DNA of 64,000 bases from the human T2T-CHM13v2.0 reference genome, Homo sapiens. Location: the NCBI RefSeq assembly GCF_009914755.1, contig NC_060930.1. One strand, given 5' to 3'. Positions 16,008 through 32,734 of the stretch are shown here, in pieces. Position 1 is the stretch's first letter. Every line of letters begins with the position of its first letter. The translations under genes and the position numbers were made by a program. A model generated the notes under the pieces. That model made no database searches. It was not told the DNA's origin and saw nothing but the letters and a program-made list of their open reading frames with translations.

Positions 16008-16352
16008 CAGTCATGCATCACTTAACAATGGAGACACATTCTGAGAGATGTGTTGTTAGACAATTTTGTCATTGTGCCCACATAATAGAGTATCCTTACA
16101 CAAACCTAGATGGTATAGCCTACTACACACCTAGGCAGTGTGGGATAGCCTATTGTTCCTTGATTACAAACTTGTACAGTATGTTACTGTACTGAATAGT
16201 GTCAGCAATTGTAACCCAATGGTACTTATTTGTGTGAGGAAACATAACTAAACATAGAAAAAGTACAGTAAAAATATGGATTATAATCTTTTGGGACCAC
16301 TGTTGTATTATGTGCTGTCTTTGACCAAAATGTTGTTATACAGCATATGATG
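16008..16352. mobile_element. Tigger3a-like DNA transposon
   Basis: CAGTCATGCATCACTTAACAATGG start; ACACAAACCTAGATGGTATAGCCTACTACACACCTAGG. Confidence 0.82.
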
Positions 16353-16427
16353 GTAAATCAGTTACAATAAATGGACCTTATTTGGATAATGATTTGGACA
16401 CATAAGCTGTAAAATCAAATAGTATGA

Positions 16428-16794
<367 letters not shown>

Positions 16795-17310
16795 TAAGCC
16801 TGTGTAAGAGAAGCTGTTGGCCCTGGGCTCCACAGTCTCTCACCCTTACCACTTCAGGGCATGCTACCCTGAATTTAGCAGCCAACAACTGCATTTCTTT
16901 GCCTGAAGACTTTGCCTCCTGAAGTCTTGTTGGCCTGCCCCTGTGGCTTTCTGCAAGTGCTGAGGAGGTAATGCTTGCCCAACTCAGATTCAGCCATCTG
17001 CGAAAGTCTTACTTAGAACCTTCCTTTTTCTGTCTCACTCCCTCCACTTCCCCACTGATGTTTCCCTCTCTCAGATGACTTGCACTTAAATTTTTGTCTT
17101 TGTTTCAGCTTCTGGAGGAACCCAAAGTGTGACATTGGGATAATGGCATTTCAGTTATTTAAAAACAAACAAACAAACAAACAAAAAGACTTTTTAAGTT
17201 TGGGAGATATTTACTGAAATATTACAGATAAAATTATATTACTTGGGATTTGTTTCAAAACACAAGTGTTAGTGGGGAGAGTGGATAAAAATATAGATGA
17301 AAAAAATGTT

Positions 17311-17625
<315 letters not shown>

Positions 17626-18076
17626 TGTCTGGATGATAATTATTGAAATGCAGTGCTAAACATGGTTGTTCATTATACACTTCTGTCTACTTTTTGTATA
17701 TGTTAGACATTGTATTGCAAATGATCTGTAGGAGCTAAAAAAAAAAAGGAGATATGTTTGGAGGCTTGGGCACAAATTGTTGCCTGGGCTCTGCCAAGCA
17801 GCCTCACCTGAGGAAGACATTAGTTTAAAAGCTGACCAAAGAATCCACGTGGGAATATTCAGAACTACATCATATTTGTAATAGCCCTAAACTGGAAACT
17901 GCTGGAATGTCCTTCAATGGGTGAATGATTAAATAAGCTATGGCATATCTGCACCATGGAATGCTACTCAACAATAAAAAGGAACTAATTATTGATACAC
18001 CAACCTGGATGGACCTCAAGAGCAACATACTGAGTGGAAAAAAAAAAAACTAATCTCAAAAGATCATGTGATTCCA

Positions 18077-18712
<636 letters not shown>

Positions 18713-18818
18713 CATTTATATATTCTTGAAATGACATGACAAAGTATACAGATGGAGATAGATTCATGGTTGCCAGGGGTTCGGGAAGCAAGAGGCATAT
18801 ATGACTGTATACGGGTAG

Positions 18819-19155
<337 letters not shown>

Positions 19156-19323
19156 AAGGACTACTGCTTGTGCATTTTCTTGATTATGGTGGTGGTTATA
19201 TGATTCTACACAATTGCATAGAACTGTACACACACACAAACACACACACACACACAATGAGTGCCTATAGAGGAAAATCTGAATGAAGTCAATGGATTGT
19301 ACCAATATAAATTTCTGTGTTTA

Positions 19324-19618
19324 GGCTGGGCCCAGTGGCTCATGCCTGTAATCCCAACACTTTGGTAGGCTGAGGTGGGTGGATCTCTTGAGCCCAGGAG
19401 TACAAGAACAGTCTGGGCAACATAAAGATACCCCATCGCTACTAAAAATACAAAATTAATCAAGTGTGGTGGCACACACCTATAGTCCCAGCTACTGGAG
19501 AGACTGAGGTGGTGAGAGGATCACCTGAGCCTGGTGAGTTCGAGGCTGTGGTGAGCAGCGATCGTGCCACTGCATTCCAGCCTGGGCAACAGTGAGACCT
19601 TGTCTCAGAAAAAAAAAA
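19324..19618 (+). mobile_element. AluJ-like
   Basis: TTGAGCCCAGGAG and GAGGATCACCTGAGCCTGG motifs. Confidence 0.92.
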
Positions 19619-20029
19619 TTCTGTATTTTTAATTTATACTATATGTAAGATGTAACCATTGAGGGAATGTGGGTGCAGGGTACAAGGGACCTCTGTAAAC
19701 CATTTTTTGCAACTTTCTAAGAATCTACAATTATTTCAAAATTAAACATCTTTTTAAAAGTAAAGAAATGGAAATAAAATTTTTTTTCTGATGAAAATAT
19801 GTATATATATTTAGGATTCATCCTCTAGACTCACTTTAGATAGTCTCAATCTTGTTGGCAACACCCAAAGCATGGTAATCAGGAGCCAGTCAAACATATG
19901 CCTTCTTCTCTCCATCAGGCCTAATCAGGGTGTTCACCTTGACCACATCAGTGTCATAGAGCTTCTTCACAGCCTGTTTGACCTGGTGCTTGTTGGCTTT
20001 AACATCTTCAATGAACACAAGTGTGTTGC

Positions 20030-21074
<1,045 letters not shown>

Positions 21075-21899
21075 TTGTTGTCTTCTATCTTCTTCATGGC
21101 GGACTCAGTGGTCAGAGGAAACTTGATGATAGCATAGTGGTCAAGCTTGTTTCTCCTGGGGGTGCTCTTCCGGAGATATTTGGTCAGTTTCCCGAGTTGC
21201 AGTGTCTTGAGCCGCCAGAAGGTGGGTGATGTGCGGATCTTCTTTTTTCTGTGGTTGTGGACACCTTTCAGCACTACCTCTGGGCCTTCAAAGCCTTCGC
21301 TTTGGCTTCAGCTTTAGGAGGGGCAGGAGCTTCCTTTTCGCCTTCGGTGCCATCTTGTGAAAAAGCAAAAATAAAGTTTTTTAAAAGGGCATCCAAATTT
21401 AGTGAAGTCCTATATCCATTGTTGACAGTGCGAAAGTGCAAGCTTCCTTTTCTCTATCCAGGAGCAGGAGCAGTACAGTCTTCACTTGAAGTCCAGTAGC
21501 CTAATTATTATAGGCTATGTACCCTCTAAACCTGATTATAAGCCTCTCTTGGACATTTGAGAAGCTGCTCAACATCTTAATAAATTCCTTTTCAAGTTAA
21601 ACTAGACACTGCGTGTTCTGTTGTTTGCAGCTTTCAATACTGGCCACTTTTTATTGTAATAGTTTCAATCGCCTGTCTTTGTCTCCTGAGGGATATGGGA
21701 GAGTGATAAGTACAGCTAAAATGTATCTCTACACACTGAAGCCACTGAAGAAATTGGTATAAAGATAGAAATTAATAAATTGATATTCAATCTACTTCAA
21801 GAATGTCTTTGTTAATGCCACTGACTATAGCCTCTTGGGCACTTCTAGAAGCAGAGAGACGGGTCTATGCTGCTTTATGATTATTAATGCTCCTCACTT

Positions 21900-21972
21900 T
21901 CTTTTTTTTTTAGATGGAGTTTTGCTCTTGTTGCTCAGGCTGGAGTGCAGTGACAGGCTCGCAGCTCACTGT
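21900..21972 (-). mobile_element. Short Alu 3' fragment
   Basis: T-run plus GATGGAGTTTTGCTCTTGTTGCTCAGGCTGGAGTGCAGTG. Confidence 0.8.
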
Positions 21973-22665
21973 ATTCTTCTGTGTCTAGAACACAAATTCT
22001 GCTTCTATACCTCGTTAAGGTAATGATGATGCACTGCCCTCCCTCAAGACCCCTAATCACAGCCCATAGTGGTTCTCAGATGAAAGGGCTACTGCGTGCA
22101 AATCCCTCCTGATGTTAAGTGTGGTTTATATAAGTTCCCTGAAAGAGGGCTGTTGAAGAAAGCTTTATAACTATCCTATGTTATAGGAAGATTAGGGGTA
22201 GACAAGGGGACAAGCAAGGGACTGGGAAGAAAGCAAGAGAAAATAACAAAACATATAGTTCAAATAACAGAAATAAGATTTATAGAAATTATTTTGGCCT
22301 AAGAAAAGAAGGAGAAAGAGATCCAGGGCAGGATCTTTAAGGATCTCACAGGCAATATTTCCCCTATTATCCTTATTATGACTTTGTATTAAATGTATAT
22401 GTGGGTGGGGATCCTTGCTGGTATTGGGACTTTATACTTAATTTATTCAAGTTATTCTATGAAGAAATTAATTTACAAAGCTTACAAAAACAGAACTACA
22501 TGAACAACTTCAATTGAATGAAATTTTACCTTAGTCCAAAATAGAAATGGCCAGTTTTATTATACATCTTTCTCTTGATCCCAGTTTTATATTTGAGATT
22601 AAAATGTATCTACAAAAGCACTTTAAAACAATTAAGATGATGGAGGGAATTGTTAGAGGTACACA

Positions 22666-23347
22666 TGAAACCACCTTTGCAAAATTATGACTGAGACAGG
22701 GAAAGAGATTTAACTTAAGCGACTCCATCTCACTTTTAACCTCCAAGCTGTCCTTGTTCATTCCTGGGCGTAGGCTGAACTAACTTTGGGAGAAACTTAG
22801 TTTGTAGTTTATCGTTTAAACAAAGATGGTAACAGCCCTTTCCCAAAGCAGATCTCCTTCTTGCCTGGGGACTAGATCGCCTTTGTAGAACCAACATTAG
22901 CCACAAGAGCAGAAATTATGGTTTAGGAGTCATGCAGCTGGAGGCTACAAGATTCTGACCCTCCCTAGACTGCTCCTAAGATCAATGCTTGACTATTTTG
23001 CAGACCCTGCACTTGATGGATCAGCTGGCACCACCCGGATTAATAAACTGGCTCATCTGATCATGTGGCCCCCAACCCAGGAACTGACTCAGCACAAGAC
23101 AGCTTCAACTCCCTGTGATTTCATCTCTGTCAAATCAGCACTGCTGGCTCACTGGCTTCCCCCACCCACCAAGTTATCCTTAAAAACTCTGCTCTGGAAT
23201 GCCCAGGGAGACTGATTTGAGTAACAATAAAACTCCCATCTCCCTCACAGCCAGCTCTGCGTGAATTATTCTTTCTCTATTGCAAATCCCCTGTCTTGAA
23301 TTGGCTCTGTCTAGGCAGCCAGCAAGGGAAACCCCTGGGCTGTTACA
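22666..23347 (+). mobile_element. LTR8 (ERV1) solo LTR
   Basis: TGAAACCACCTTTGCAAAATTATGACTGAGACAG...GGGCTGTTACA; AATAAA near 23226; perfect TSD CACA. Confidence 0.93.
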
Positions 23348-24388
23348 CACATGCTATGACTTGCATAATGGTTTCTCCTTCAAAGTTTTGTCATTGTTTC
23401 TGGTCTATCTTCTAAAAATTTCACCATCAGAAATTAAGACTTTTGAGAAAAACAAAAAACAAAACCAAAACTCCCAGAGAAATTGGAGTAGCTCTGGGTA
23501 TGCCAAAGACCACCATTAATCATCATTCCCTACTTTTCTTTCATACTTTCCAGTTTGGAATCTACTATAACATCCGTTGTTTCTCATTATGATTTTGATT
23601 TGTTACAACCTTGAGAAAGAGGTAGAGACTTAAATTATTATCAAAAATGTTTTAATGAAAAAGATGAAGCTCAAAGAGGTTAAGTGACTTGCTCAAGGTC
23701 ACAGAGCAGTAAAAAAATCTCATCTCCCACATGAGAAACAGAGTAAGCCTGCTGTCCTCTCTAATACTAACACATCAACTGAGAGAAACGAGAGCCCTGG
23801 GGAATTTTCTCTAATCACCCCACATTAGCTGTGTAGCACAGATTGCTTTCCACTTCTCAAATCCCATTGCACTTGCCATCTGCAAAATTCACTTGAGTTC
23901 TTCCTCATATTTTGCCTTGTCTTGCTTTTAAGTGCTTAGTAAGTTAATAGGTAAATGGTGTGTGTGTGTGTGTGTGCATGTGCGTGTGCATCCGCACTCG
24001 TAACCTCCAATTATATAGTCCAAGTATTAGAAACACAAATTAGACTTGTATTCTCACAAAATTTAGCACAGTATCATCCTTATGAAAAAATTAATTTGTA
24101 TATTAATTTAATTAATCTAATTTAACTATTCTCTAATCTAGAAAATAGCATGGAAAATACAGACTTTGACCCTAAGAAGGTATAGAGAAAAGGACAATCT
24201 TAGTAGAAGTGGGTCAGACACTTTCTTGCCTATTGAGTCTACCACTATTATTTTAACCGTTCTTTTGCCAACACACTTCGCACACCTTGTTCTTCCTGTT
24301 GCACATTCCCACCTCAACCATAACCCTGGATCAACCTTAAAGTCAGCCTCCTTCTCTCCTTACATTTGTTAGTCTAGAGACAAGATTA

Positions 24389-24705
<317 letters not shown>

Positions 24706-24781
24706 GGAAGGAAGGAAGGAAGGAAGGAAGGAAGGAAGGAAGGAAGGAAGGAAGGAAGGAAAGAAGGAAGGAAGGAAGGAA
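24706..24781 (+). repeat. (GGAA)14 AGAA (GGAA)4 microsatellite
   Basis: Counted directly. Confidence 0.95.
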
Positions 24782-25505
24782 GGGAGAGAGGGAGGGAGGG
24801 AAAGGTTACAAGCAATGGAACTTACACTTGCTTAAATAATAAAGTATATTTGGACTGAAAAGTCCAAAGGTAAAACTGACTTCAAATGAAGCTTGATCTT
24901 GCAGCTCAAATGATGTAAAAGCAAGTTTCTTTTTGTCTTTCCACTCTGCTTTTTTCAGGCTTGGCTTCATTCCCAGGCCAAGCCCTGACTATCATAAGAA
25001 GCCTGCTACCCAATCCTTTTGCTTTCATTTTCAGCAGGGAAAAGCAAAAATGTGACCCAGTGTTCACAGTAAAAACCCTAAGTCATGTGCCCACCATTTA
25101 CCTAATTCCTCAGGCCAGGTAAATGGGATAAACTGATAAGCTTAAACTCAGTTCTGTGTCTCACATTAAAGCTGGAAATTGAATCAATTTCCCTAAAATC
25201 ACATGGATCTTCAAATGGAAATTAGTAGCTACTGGAAAGGAGGAAATAGATTTAATTAACACATGTCCTCCATTTTTATTTTTCTTGGCTAGTAGGTGTC
25301 AACAGAAGAAATCAAACAACTCTGTGGAATTCACCAATGAAAATTTATGATCTCCCATGTCTGCAGAATTATTACACTAATTACTCTCCCCTCACTCACC
25401 TCACTCACTTTTCACTCTCTGCAAGGTATTTTTCCTCAGTTTATTAACTTGATCAAGCATCTCTCTTCATAAAAATGAAAAATAAAGGTCACTGAAACCA
25501 ATGCC

Positions 25506-25867
<362 letters not shown>

Positions 25868-25874
25868 TAAACCA

Positions 25875-26250
25875 TGTTAAAGTGAGACAAAAATAAGATC
25901 ACTGTGCAACCCACAAAACATTGAACAACCTTCTCTCCCAGCCAAGGTAAGTGACTGGTATTTCCTTACTAATCCTTCCTGTAGTCTCCCCTTTCTATAG
26001 ATAAGATTTATTGAGATACTTAATCATAGAATTGCCTTCACTTTTTGATAGTGAGTAACTCTGTTTCCTCAGACTCTCCCCAAAATTATCCAATGGAAGG
26101 TCAAACCCTTTAAATAGGTTCTAACATCTTCTAACTGAAATGCGTCTCACTTCCCCATGAGGAGAGCTCTCCCCATTTACGACAGTAATAAAACCAACTT
26201 GTTCAACTAAAGGTGTGTTCCTGGTGGTCTTTGGCTAGAGGGCGTTTGCA
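25875..26250 (+). mobile_element. Probable LTR (ERV1-like, subfamily unresolved)
   Basis: TG...CA termini, AATAAA ~26187, GTGTGTTCCTGGTGGTCTTTGG U5-like end. Confidence 0.45.
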
Positions 26251-27348
26251 GTCCTCACTGTATTAGTTGCAGTATCAATTGAAATCCATTGAAGCATCCT
26301 TCGTTTCTCTCTGAGTTATTCCAACATCTTCCAAATGGTTTTCCCTGTCACCAGTCTTATTTTCTCCAATTGATTCCCAGACTCCTTGCTAAAGTGATCT
26401 TTTCAAAACTCAGATCTGATTATGTCACTCGTTGCCCCCATATTCCTAAGAATAAAGTCCAGATACAATAGCCTGGCCTGTGACATTCTTCTTGATCTAG
26501 TTCCCTAACCACACCAGTTTTATCAGTCACCACCACCTCCCTAACTCCAGTTCCATGCACCAGCCTTGACGAACTTGCTTGCAGCCCTTCCAAAACATTT
26601 GTCTGAACTCTAGAATGTCCTTTGGACCTCTCCTGATGCCTAGAATCTTCATCTAGCTAACTTTTACTTGTACTTAAAGACTTACCTCAAGCATTTCTCA
26701 TTCAAGCATTGAGAAGCCTTCTAGAATATTCCCAGAAGTCACTAGTTTGTATGTGATACTCACATTGCACTGTATTATTGTTTTCCTTATGAGATTATCA
26801 ACTTCTTGAGGTCTAGAATTTTGTTATTCATCCTGATGTTCTCTTGCAGTGGACTCTACTCAAGGTTCTTCTTCTGCAATGTTTGAGAACAGAAATTGTG
26901 GTGTGAGACATTCTTCTGCTATTCCTGGAAATGGAAGTGGGGGTTGGGAGTTAGGATGCTCAGATATTGGGGACTGCTTTGTGGGTGAAGCCCAGAAATA
27001 GTAAATGTCTTGCAATATACTGGACAGTTCTGCACAAAGAACTATCTCACCCAAAATGCCAATAGCACATCCATTAAGAAACACCATAGTTTCTCAATAA
27101 GTGTCTGCTTAGGAATGAATAAATGAACATAAATGAATAAGTAAAATAAAGTAAAAATGAAAGAATACATTAATGAATAACTGAAGGGGAAAAAGCAGCC
27201 TGACCATTTAGAGATGAAAGTGTACCCTAAGGAGAGACACCGATGGGAAATTCATGACTTGACAACTTAAAATTTTGTCTTTGTTATTTTCTTAGCCCTT
27301 TTCCCCTAGAGCTGTGACTGCAAGGTGCAATCTGAATTGAAAGAACTA

Positions 27349-27661
<313 letters not shown>

Positions 27662-28789
27662 TTAAAGTGAAAAGACTCACATGACAAAATCTGGGGTGGA
27701 GGAAAAATCAAGCTATCTCAATGTGAGAGGGGAGGCATTTCTACAAGGCCTCTGAGACCATTTGGCCTATGACATTTACCTCACCTTTTTTAAGACAAGA
27801 CCTTCTAGTTGTGACTTGAATTTGATATTCAACCACTTAACCTAAGACCCATTACTTGAAGTTTATTGTTGCTGCAAATTAAAATCCACAGGGAGCAGAC
27901 ATGCACTACGGTTTTATTTGCCAATGTAAGTGCAGTGTGACTCACATCCTCCCTTCAGGGGGATCTTAGCTAGATAAAACTTTTCCAGGGCTCAACTTTT
28001 CCTGGAATAGCTTTGTCATTAAAGACATAGGCACTGAATCAAAAGCTAATTGAATCAAAACTGCAGACAATTTAATCTGGAATTCTAGACCCATTTAGTG
28101 CATAAGTAATTGGCATCGAGTGTCTTTTATGCAAGGATGCCAACTGTTTCTGGGTCCCACAGCAATCATTGCCAGTTTTAAAGACAGTGTTTTAAACTTC
28201 TCCAATCTGTTTCCACATCCAGTAACATAAATATTTCAATGTAATGCCAACCCATAAATATTAGCTGATGATCACGATCTAAACTGTATTTCAAAAAATA
28301 AGAGGCATCCATTAAAAGGGTTTTAAAATATTTTATTCACACTTTTCATGGAAATCTTTTTCTAAACTTCTAATTGCACTAGAGAAAATACCAGTAAAAT
28401 CTTCTCATAAGGATGACCATGAAGGACTTCTGTTTATCTTTATTAAATGTAGACCCAACACATCCCCAACTACAAGTGTTCTACTTCCTCATTTCCTATT
28501 TAAAGGAAAGGAAAAAAACTCACTTCCTTTTCTTTACCATTCTTTTGAGACCTATCAAACTGGTAAACTGCTCCATACTGCTCTATTAATAGCAGCTAAT
28601 GGGTAGTGAGGCACCATAATTGCCTTTTAGTGATGATGCCTTAATTCACTAAATTCATTAGTAAATCTAGTACTGGAAATGTTTTCAGGCACTCATAGTT
28701 CAAGAGAGAGAGATTTGGGAACAGGCCAGATCTAAAGCAAGCATTGTCTGGAGTTCTTTGATTTGTATTAATGCTGTGGAATATGAGTC

Positions 28790-29320
28790 TGTGAAAGGAA
28801 AATAAATTTTGGGACACCCTCCACCCCCACCCACTCCTCGCCAAATCACTAAGCCAAAGGAAAAAGTCAAGCTGGGAACTGCTTAGGGCAAACCTGCCTC
28901 CCATTCTATTCCTAAAAAAGATAGCTACTAAGATAAAAAGCTACATACCTCTCTCACAAGAAATTTCCTTGTAGAGAAAGGACAGAGAGGACTCAGTCAT
29001 CTCTCTGCTCACTGAGATAAATGCATATCTGATTGCCTCCATTGGAAAGGCTAATCAGAAACTCAAAAGAATGCAACCCTTTGTCTCTTTCCTACCTATG
29101 AACTGGAAGCCCCCTCCCCGCTTTGAGTTATTCTGCCTTTCCACACAGAACCAATGTACATCTTACATATTGTAATCTCTGTAAAATGTACAAAACCAAG
29201 CTGTGCCCCAACAACCTTGGGCACATGTCATCAGGACCTCCTGAAGCTGTGTCATGGGCCTGTGTTCTTAACTTTGGTAAAATAAGCTTCCTAAATTGAC
29301 TAAGACCTGTTTCAGATAAA
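28790..29320 (+). mobile_element. MER4A-family LTR
   Basis: TGTGAAAGGAAAATAAAT...AAAAGTCAAGCTGGGAACTGCTTAGGGCAAACCTGCCTCCCATTCTATT. Confidence 0.85.
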
Positions 29321-29640
29321 GATCACTCCTCAGATCTTACTTTGCAGGAGGGTGCTATCTCTACCTATAATAAGCAAAGCTGATTAAGACTAGTTGAATG
29401 CATATAAGAATTACATTAAATGCAATTACACATATCTATTGAGCATATTATATATGTAGACACTGTTAGCTAATGCAGAGGATTCAAGAAAAGCAATTTA
29501 AAATCTAGTATGGAGAATAAGGTAGATACATAAGTATCACTGATAGTAAAGTGAGACACTGTCATAAAAGAGACAATGGGATTGTGGAGCTACAAAAAGA
29601 GAGAGATTACAATCAGTTGAAAGGATCAGGGAAAGCTTCT

Positions 29641-29828
<188 letters not shown>

Positions 29829-30265
29829 TAGTGGAGTTATTTGTGAAAGAACTGAGGGATAAATAGGAGCATCTGAAAGGAATCTACTTTTTCCATGATT
29901 GCTAATGTAGAGAAAAACTATAAAAGACTTTGAAATGCATCAAAAAGATTACTGATGACTTCAGTAGAAAATTAGGTGGTTTAGCTGGGATCATTGCACC
30001 TTTCATTGTCTTTGAGATATTTTACAACTCTGCAAATTGTAGATAATGGATAGCAGTGCAAACAAGCTCATATTCACAAACATGCAAATTAATTTTGTCA
30101 GGTGGAAACACAACTGATTTCTTTATTTCCATTTCTGTAATAAGCAAGTTTTGTATTTATTTACTTTTTTTAATATAAACTCTCAACTAAGTGATTTTAT
30201 TCCTGTCCATGATTGCAGACACTTACAAAAACATAACATCTGAGTTCACCTTAAGAAATAACTTA

Positions 30266-30412
30266 CAGCTGGGCATGGTGGCCCATGCCTGTAGTCCCAG
30301 CTACTTGGGAGGTTGAGGAAAGAGAATCACTTGAACCCAGGAGGTGAAGATTGTAGTGTGCCCAGATTGTCCCACTGCACTTCAGCCTAGGTGACAGAGT
30401 GAGACTCTGTCG
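30266..30412 (+). mobile_element. Alu right-arm monomer in the SSBP2 3'UTR relic
   Basis: GCTGGGCATGGTGG...GAGACTCTGTC then tail. Confidence 0.9.
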
Positions 30413-30528
30413 AAAAAAAAAAAGAAGGAAGGAAGAAAGGAAGGAAGGAAGGAAGGAAGAAAAAGAAAGAAAGAAAGAGAAAGAAAGAAAGAAAGAGAAA
30501 GAAAGAAAGAAAGAAAGAAAGAGAAGGA

Positions 30529-30588
<60 letters not shown>

Positions 30589-30607
30589 AAAGAAAAGAAA
30601 AGAAAGA
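30413..30607 (+). repeat. Polypurine (GAAA)n/(GGAA)n compound STR
   Basis: About 195 bp of A/G only. Confidence 0.95.
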
Positions 30608-30910
30608 ACAGACGAATGAACTTGCATAAAGCAGGGACATAGATAGCACACAATAGTTCAGGGAGGATGCAGAAGCAACTTTTAGTAATTAAAATGTTAA
30701 TGTGAATAAAGGATGGAATAAATATCCCTACTTATTTCTACCTAAGATGTTATGTGATAATATTTTACAATGTCCTGAGGGTCAATGTATGTTTGTGTAT
30801 ATGTCCATATAACACACACAGATACAGTACATTCTTCTTCCCACACATATACATACAAACATAATTATTTGCAGTTCAGTTTAAGTCAACTTTAATATGC
30901 CACTTTGTAC

Positions 30911-31333
30911 CTTTTCTTTTCTTTTGGGGTGGGGGACAGAGTGTCACTCTGTCACCAAGGCTGGAGTGCAGTGGTGTGATCTTGGCTCGTTGCAATCTCC
31001 GCCTTCCAGTTCAAGCAATTTTTGTTCCTCAGCCTCCTGACTAGCTGGTAGTAGACACGATCTCACTTTGTTGCCCAGGCTGGTCCTGAACTCCTAGACT
31101 CAAGTAATCCTCCCACCTCAGCCACCCAGGTTCAAGCGATTCTCCTGCCTCAGCCTCCTGAGTAGCTGGGATTACAGGCATGTGCCACAATGCCTGGATA
31201 ATTTTTATATTTTTAGTAGAGACAGGATTTTGCCATGTTGGCCAGGCTGGTCTCAAACTCCTGACCTCAAGTGATTCACCCACTTTGGCCTCCCAAAGTG
31301 CTGGGATTACAGGTGTAAGCCACCACGCCCGGA
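30911..31333 (-). mobile_element. Mosaic Alu composite (right arm + J-like left-arm piece + AluS)
   Basis: Three abutting Alu segments, no internal tail, no evident TSD. Confidence 0.85.
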
Positions 31334-32734
31334 CAGATTCCTTTGTTTAAATGTACGCTGTGATAAATAATTTTCCTTTATGATAGTTCTGTGATGGGCT
31401 AGTTCACTGTGGTTTACATGAGGGTACTTGGTAATGGATCACACACTCACTGTTATGCGAGAGGAGTAACTCCCTGAAAAGGATTTTAAAAATTTCCCCC
31501 AGTTTTGCAATTATCCCTGAGCCCAGGTGATTACTCAGGCTCATTTTATCAGGAGAATTCTTAGAAATACCGTCCATATCTCCTGAGCCTAAAAGCCATT
31601 CATGTGATGTGACTCCATTCCTCCTCCTACTCCATCCATGGTACCATCTGACCCAGATTCCACTGGAAAATTAGGTCTGTTAGGTCTACAACATACTGCA
31701 TTCATTCATATCTCCAGGGTTGATTAAATCTGCTAGACTAGACATGACGGGTGTTCCTGTGGACCTCACCTCCTGGAGGGCCTATGTAATTCCCAGGAGA
31801 TGTTGAGGAGTATGGTACTGAATTGGCATTTGTTGGGTTTGGCCAAGATCTGCCACCCTCCAGACCCATGTTCATTCTAGGCATTCCAGAGCCACCTAAA
31901 GCATTCACTGGGCATCTCATTGCACCTTCATCATTCTGTACTGACAACCAAGGATCAGACTGTGGCCCTCAGGGCACCATTCCTCTTGGAGAAATTGGCC
32001 CACCCATACTTAAATGTCCTTGTTGTCAAGTTGGATTCCACTGGGGAGTAATGGCTGACTTCCTAGGATACTTCCAAGTGCCTCTTTAGGTATCTTCAAT
32101 GGGAACCTTGGACCTCCAGGGTACCAAGGTGATATAAAAAGATAATCATGGAAGTTTTTTGTTACACTTGAGTGTTCACATGTTTCCTTTGGCTCTGGAG
32201 CTGCCAAATAGAGATCCCAAAATACACAACACCAGGAATGTAAGAATCCTGGTGGTTCTCCCAATTTTTCCCCCCATCTTATCTCTGATAAAAATGTTCG
32301 GGATGATCTCTGAACTCCTACATGGAGCAGATATTCATATATGTAAAGTGCTAACTTCACCAAGGTGTGGCTGTCACATGGGTTAATGCTGCTGTTACTC
32401 TTGCCTTTGCTGTACATTCTTTGCTGAGAGTAACTCCCATTGTCATGCACTTGTTACCCCATCACAGCCTCCCTGGAAACAGCCCTGTCCCCATGGCAAC
32501 CCATGTAGCCACCTTCACTATTGGCTGCCTCACACCAACGGCTTTTGCATTTGTTTATAGATTTGTTTCCTCATTGCTTATTATATATGTGATATTTTTA
32601 ATTCTCCTATCTATGAATCAGTTGTAGCATGTTACTGCTTCCCTCATTAATTACAAAGCTATATAAAATCTTTGACGTGTTAATTTTATATATGTATAAA
32701 AGTTCTGATTGCATCCTACTTTAAAAATTATTCT

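Larger units (their letters stand above)
30164..32542 (-). pseudogene. SSBP2: SSBP2 processed pseudogene (5'UTR, CDS relic 32417-31439, 3'UTR, poly-A)
   Basis: [10 protein letters not shown]...[14 protein letters not shown]...[19 protein letters not shown] (LisH/LUFS); [20 protein letters not shown]; stops and frameshifts; ATTTTATT = AATAAAA on minus ~30194; TSD TTTTG(T/C)ATTT(A/G)TTTA 30149-30163 / 32543-32557. Confidence 0.92.

Noticed and set aside
30263-30653. Phe/Leu/Ser-rich and Lys/Glu/Arg-rich ORFs
   Set aside because: Stop-free (GAAA)n tract, not coding.
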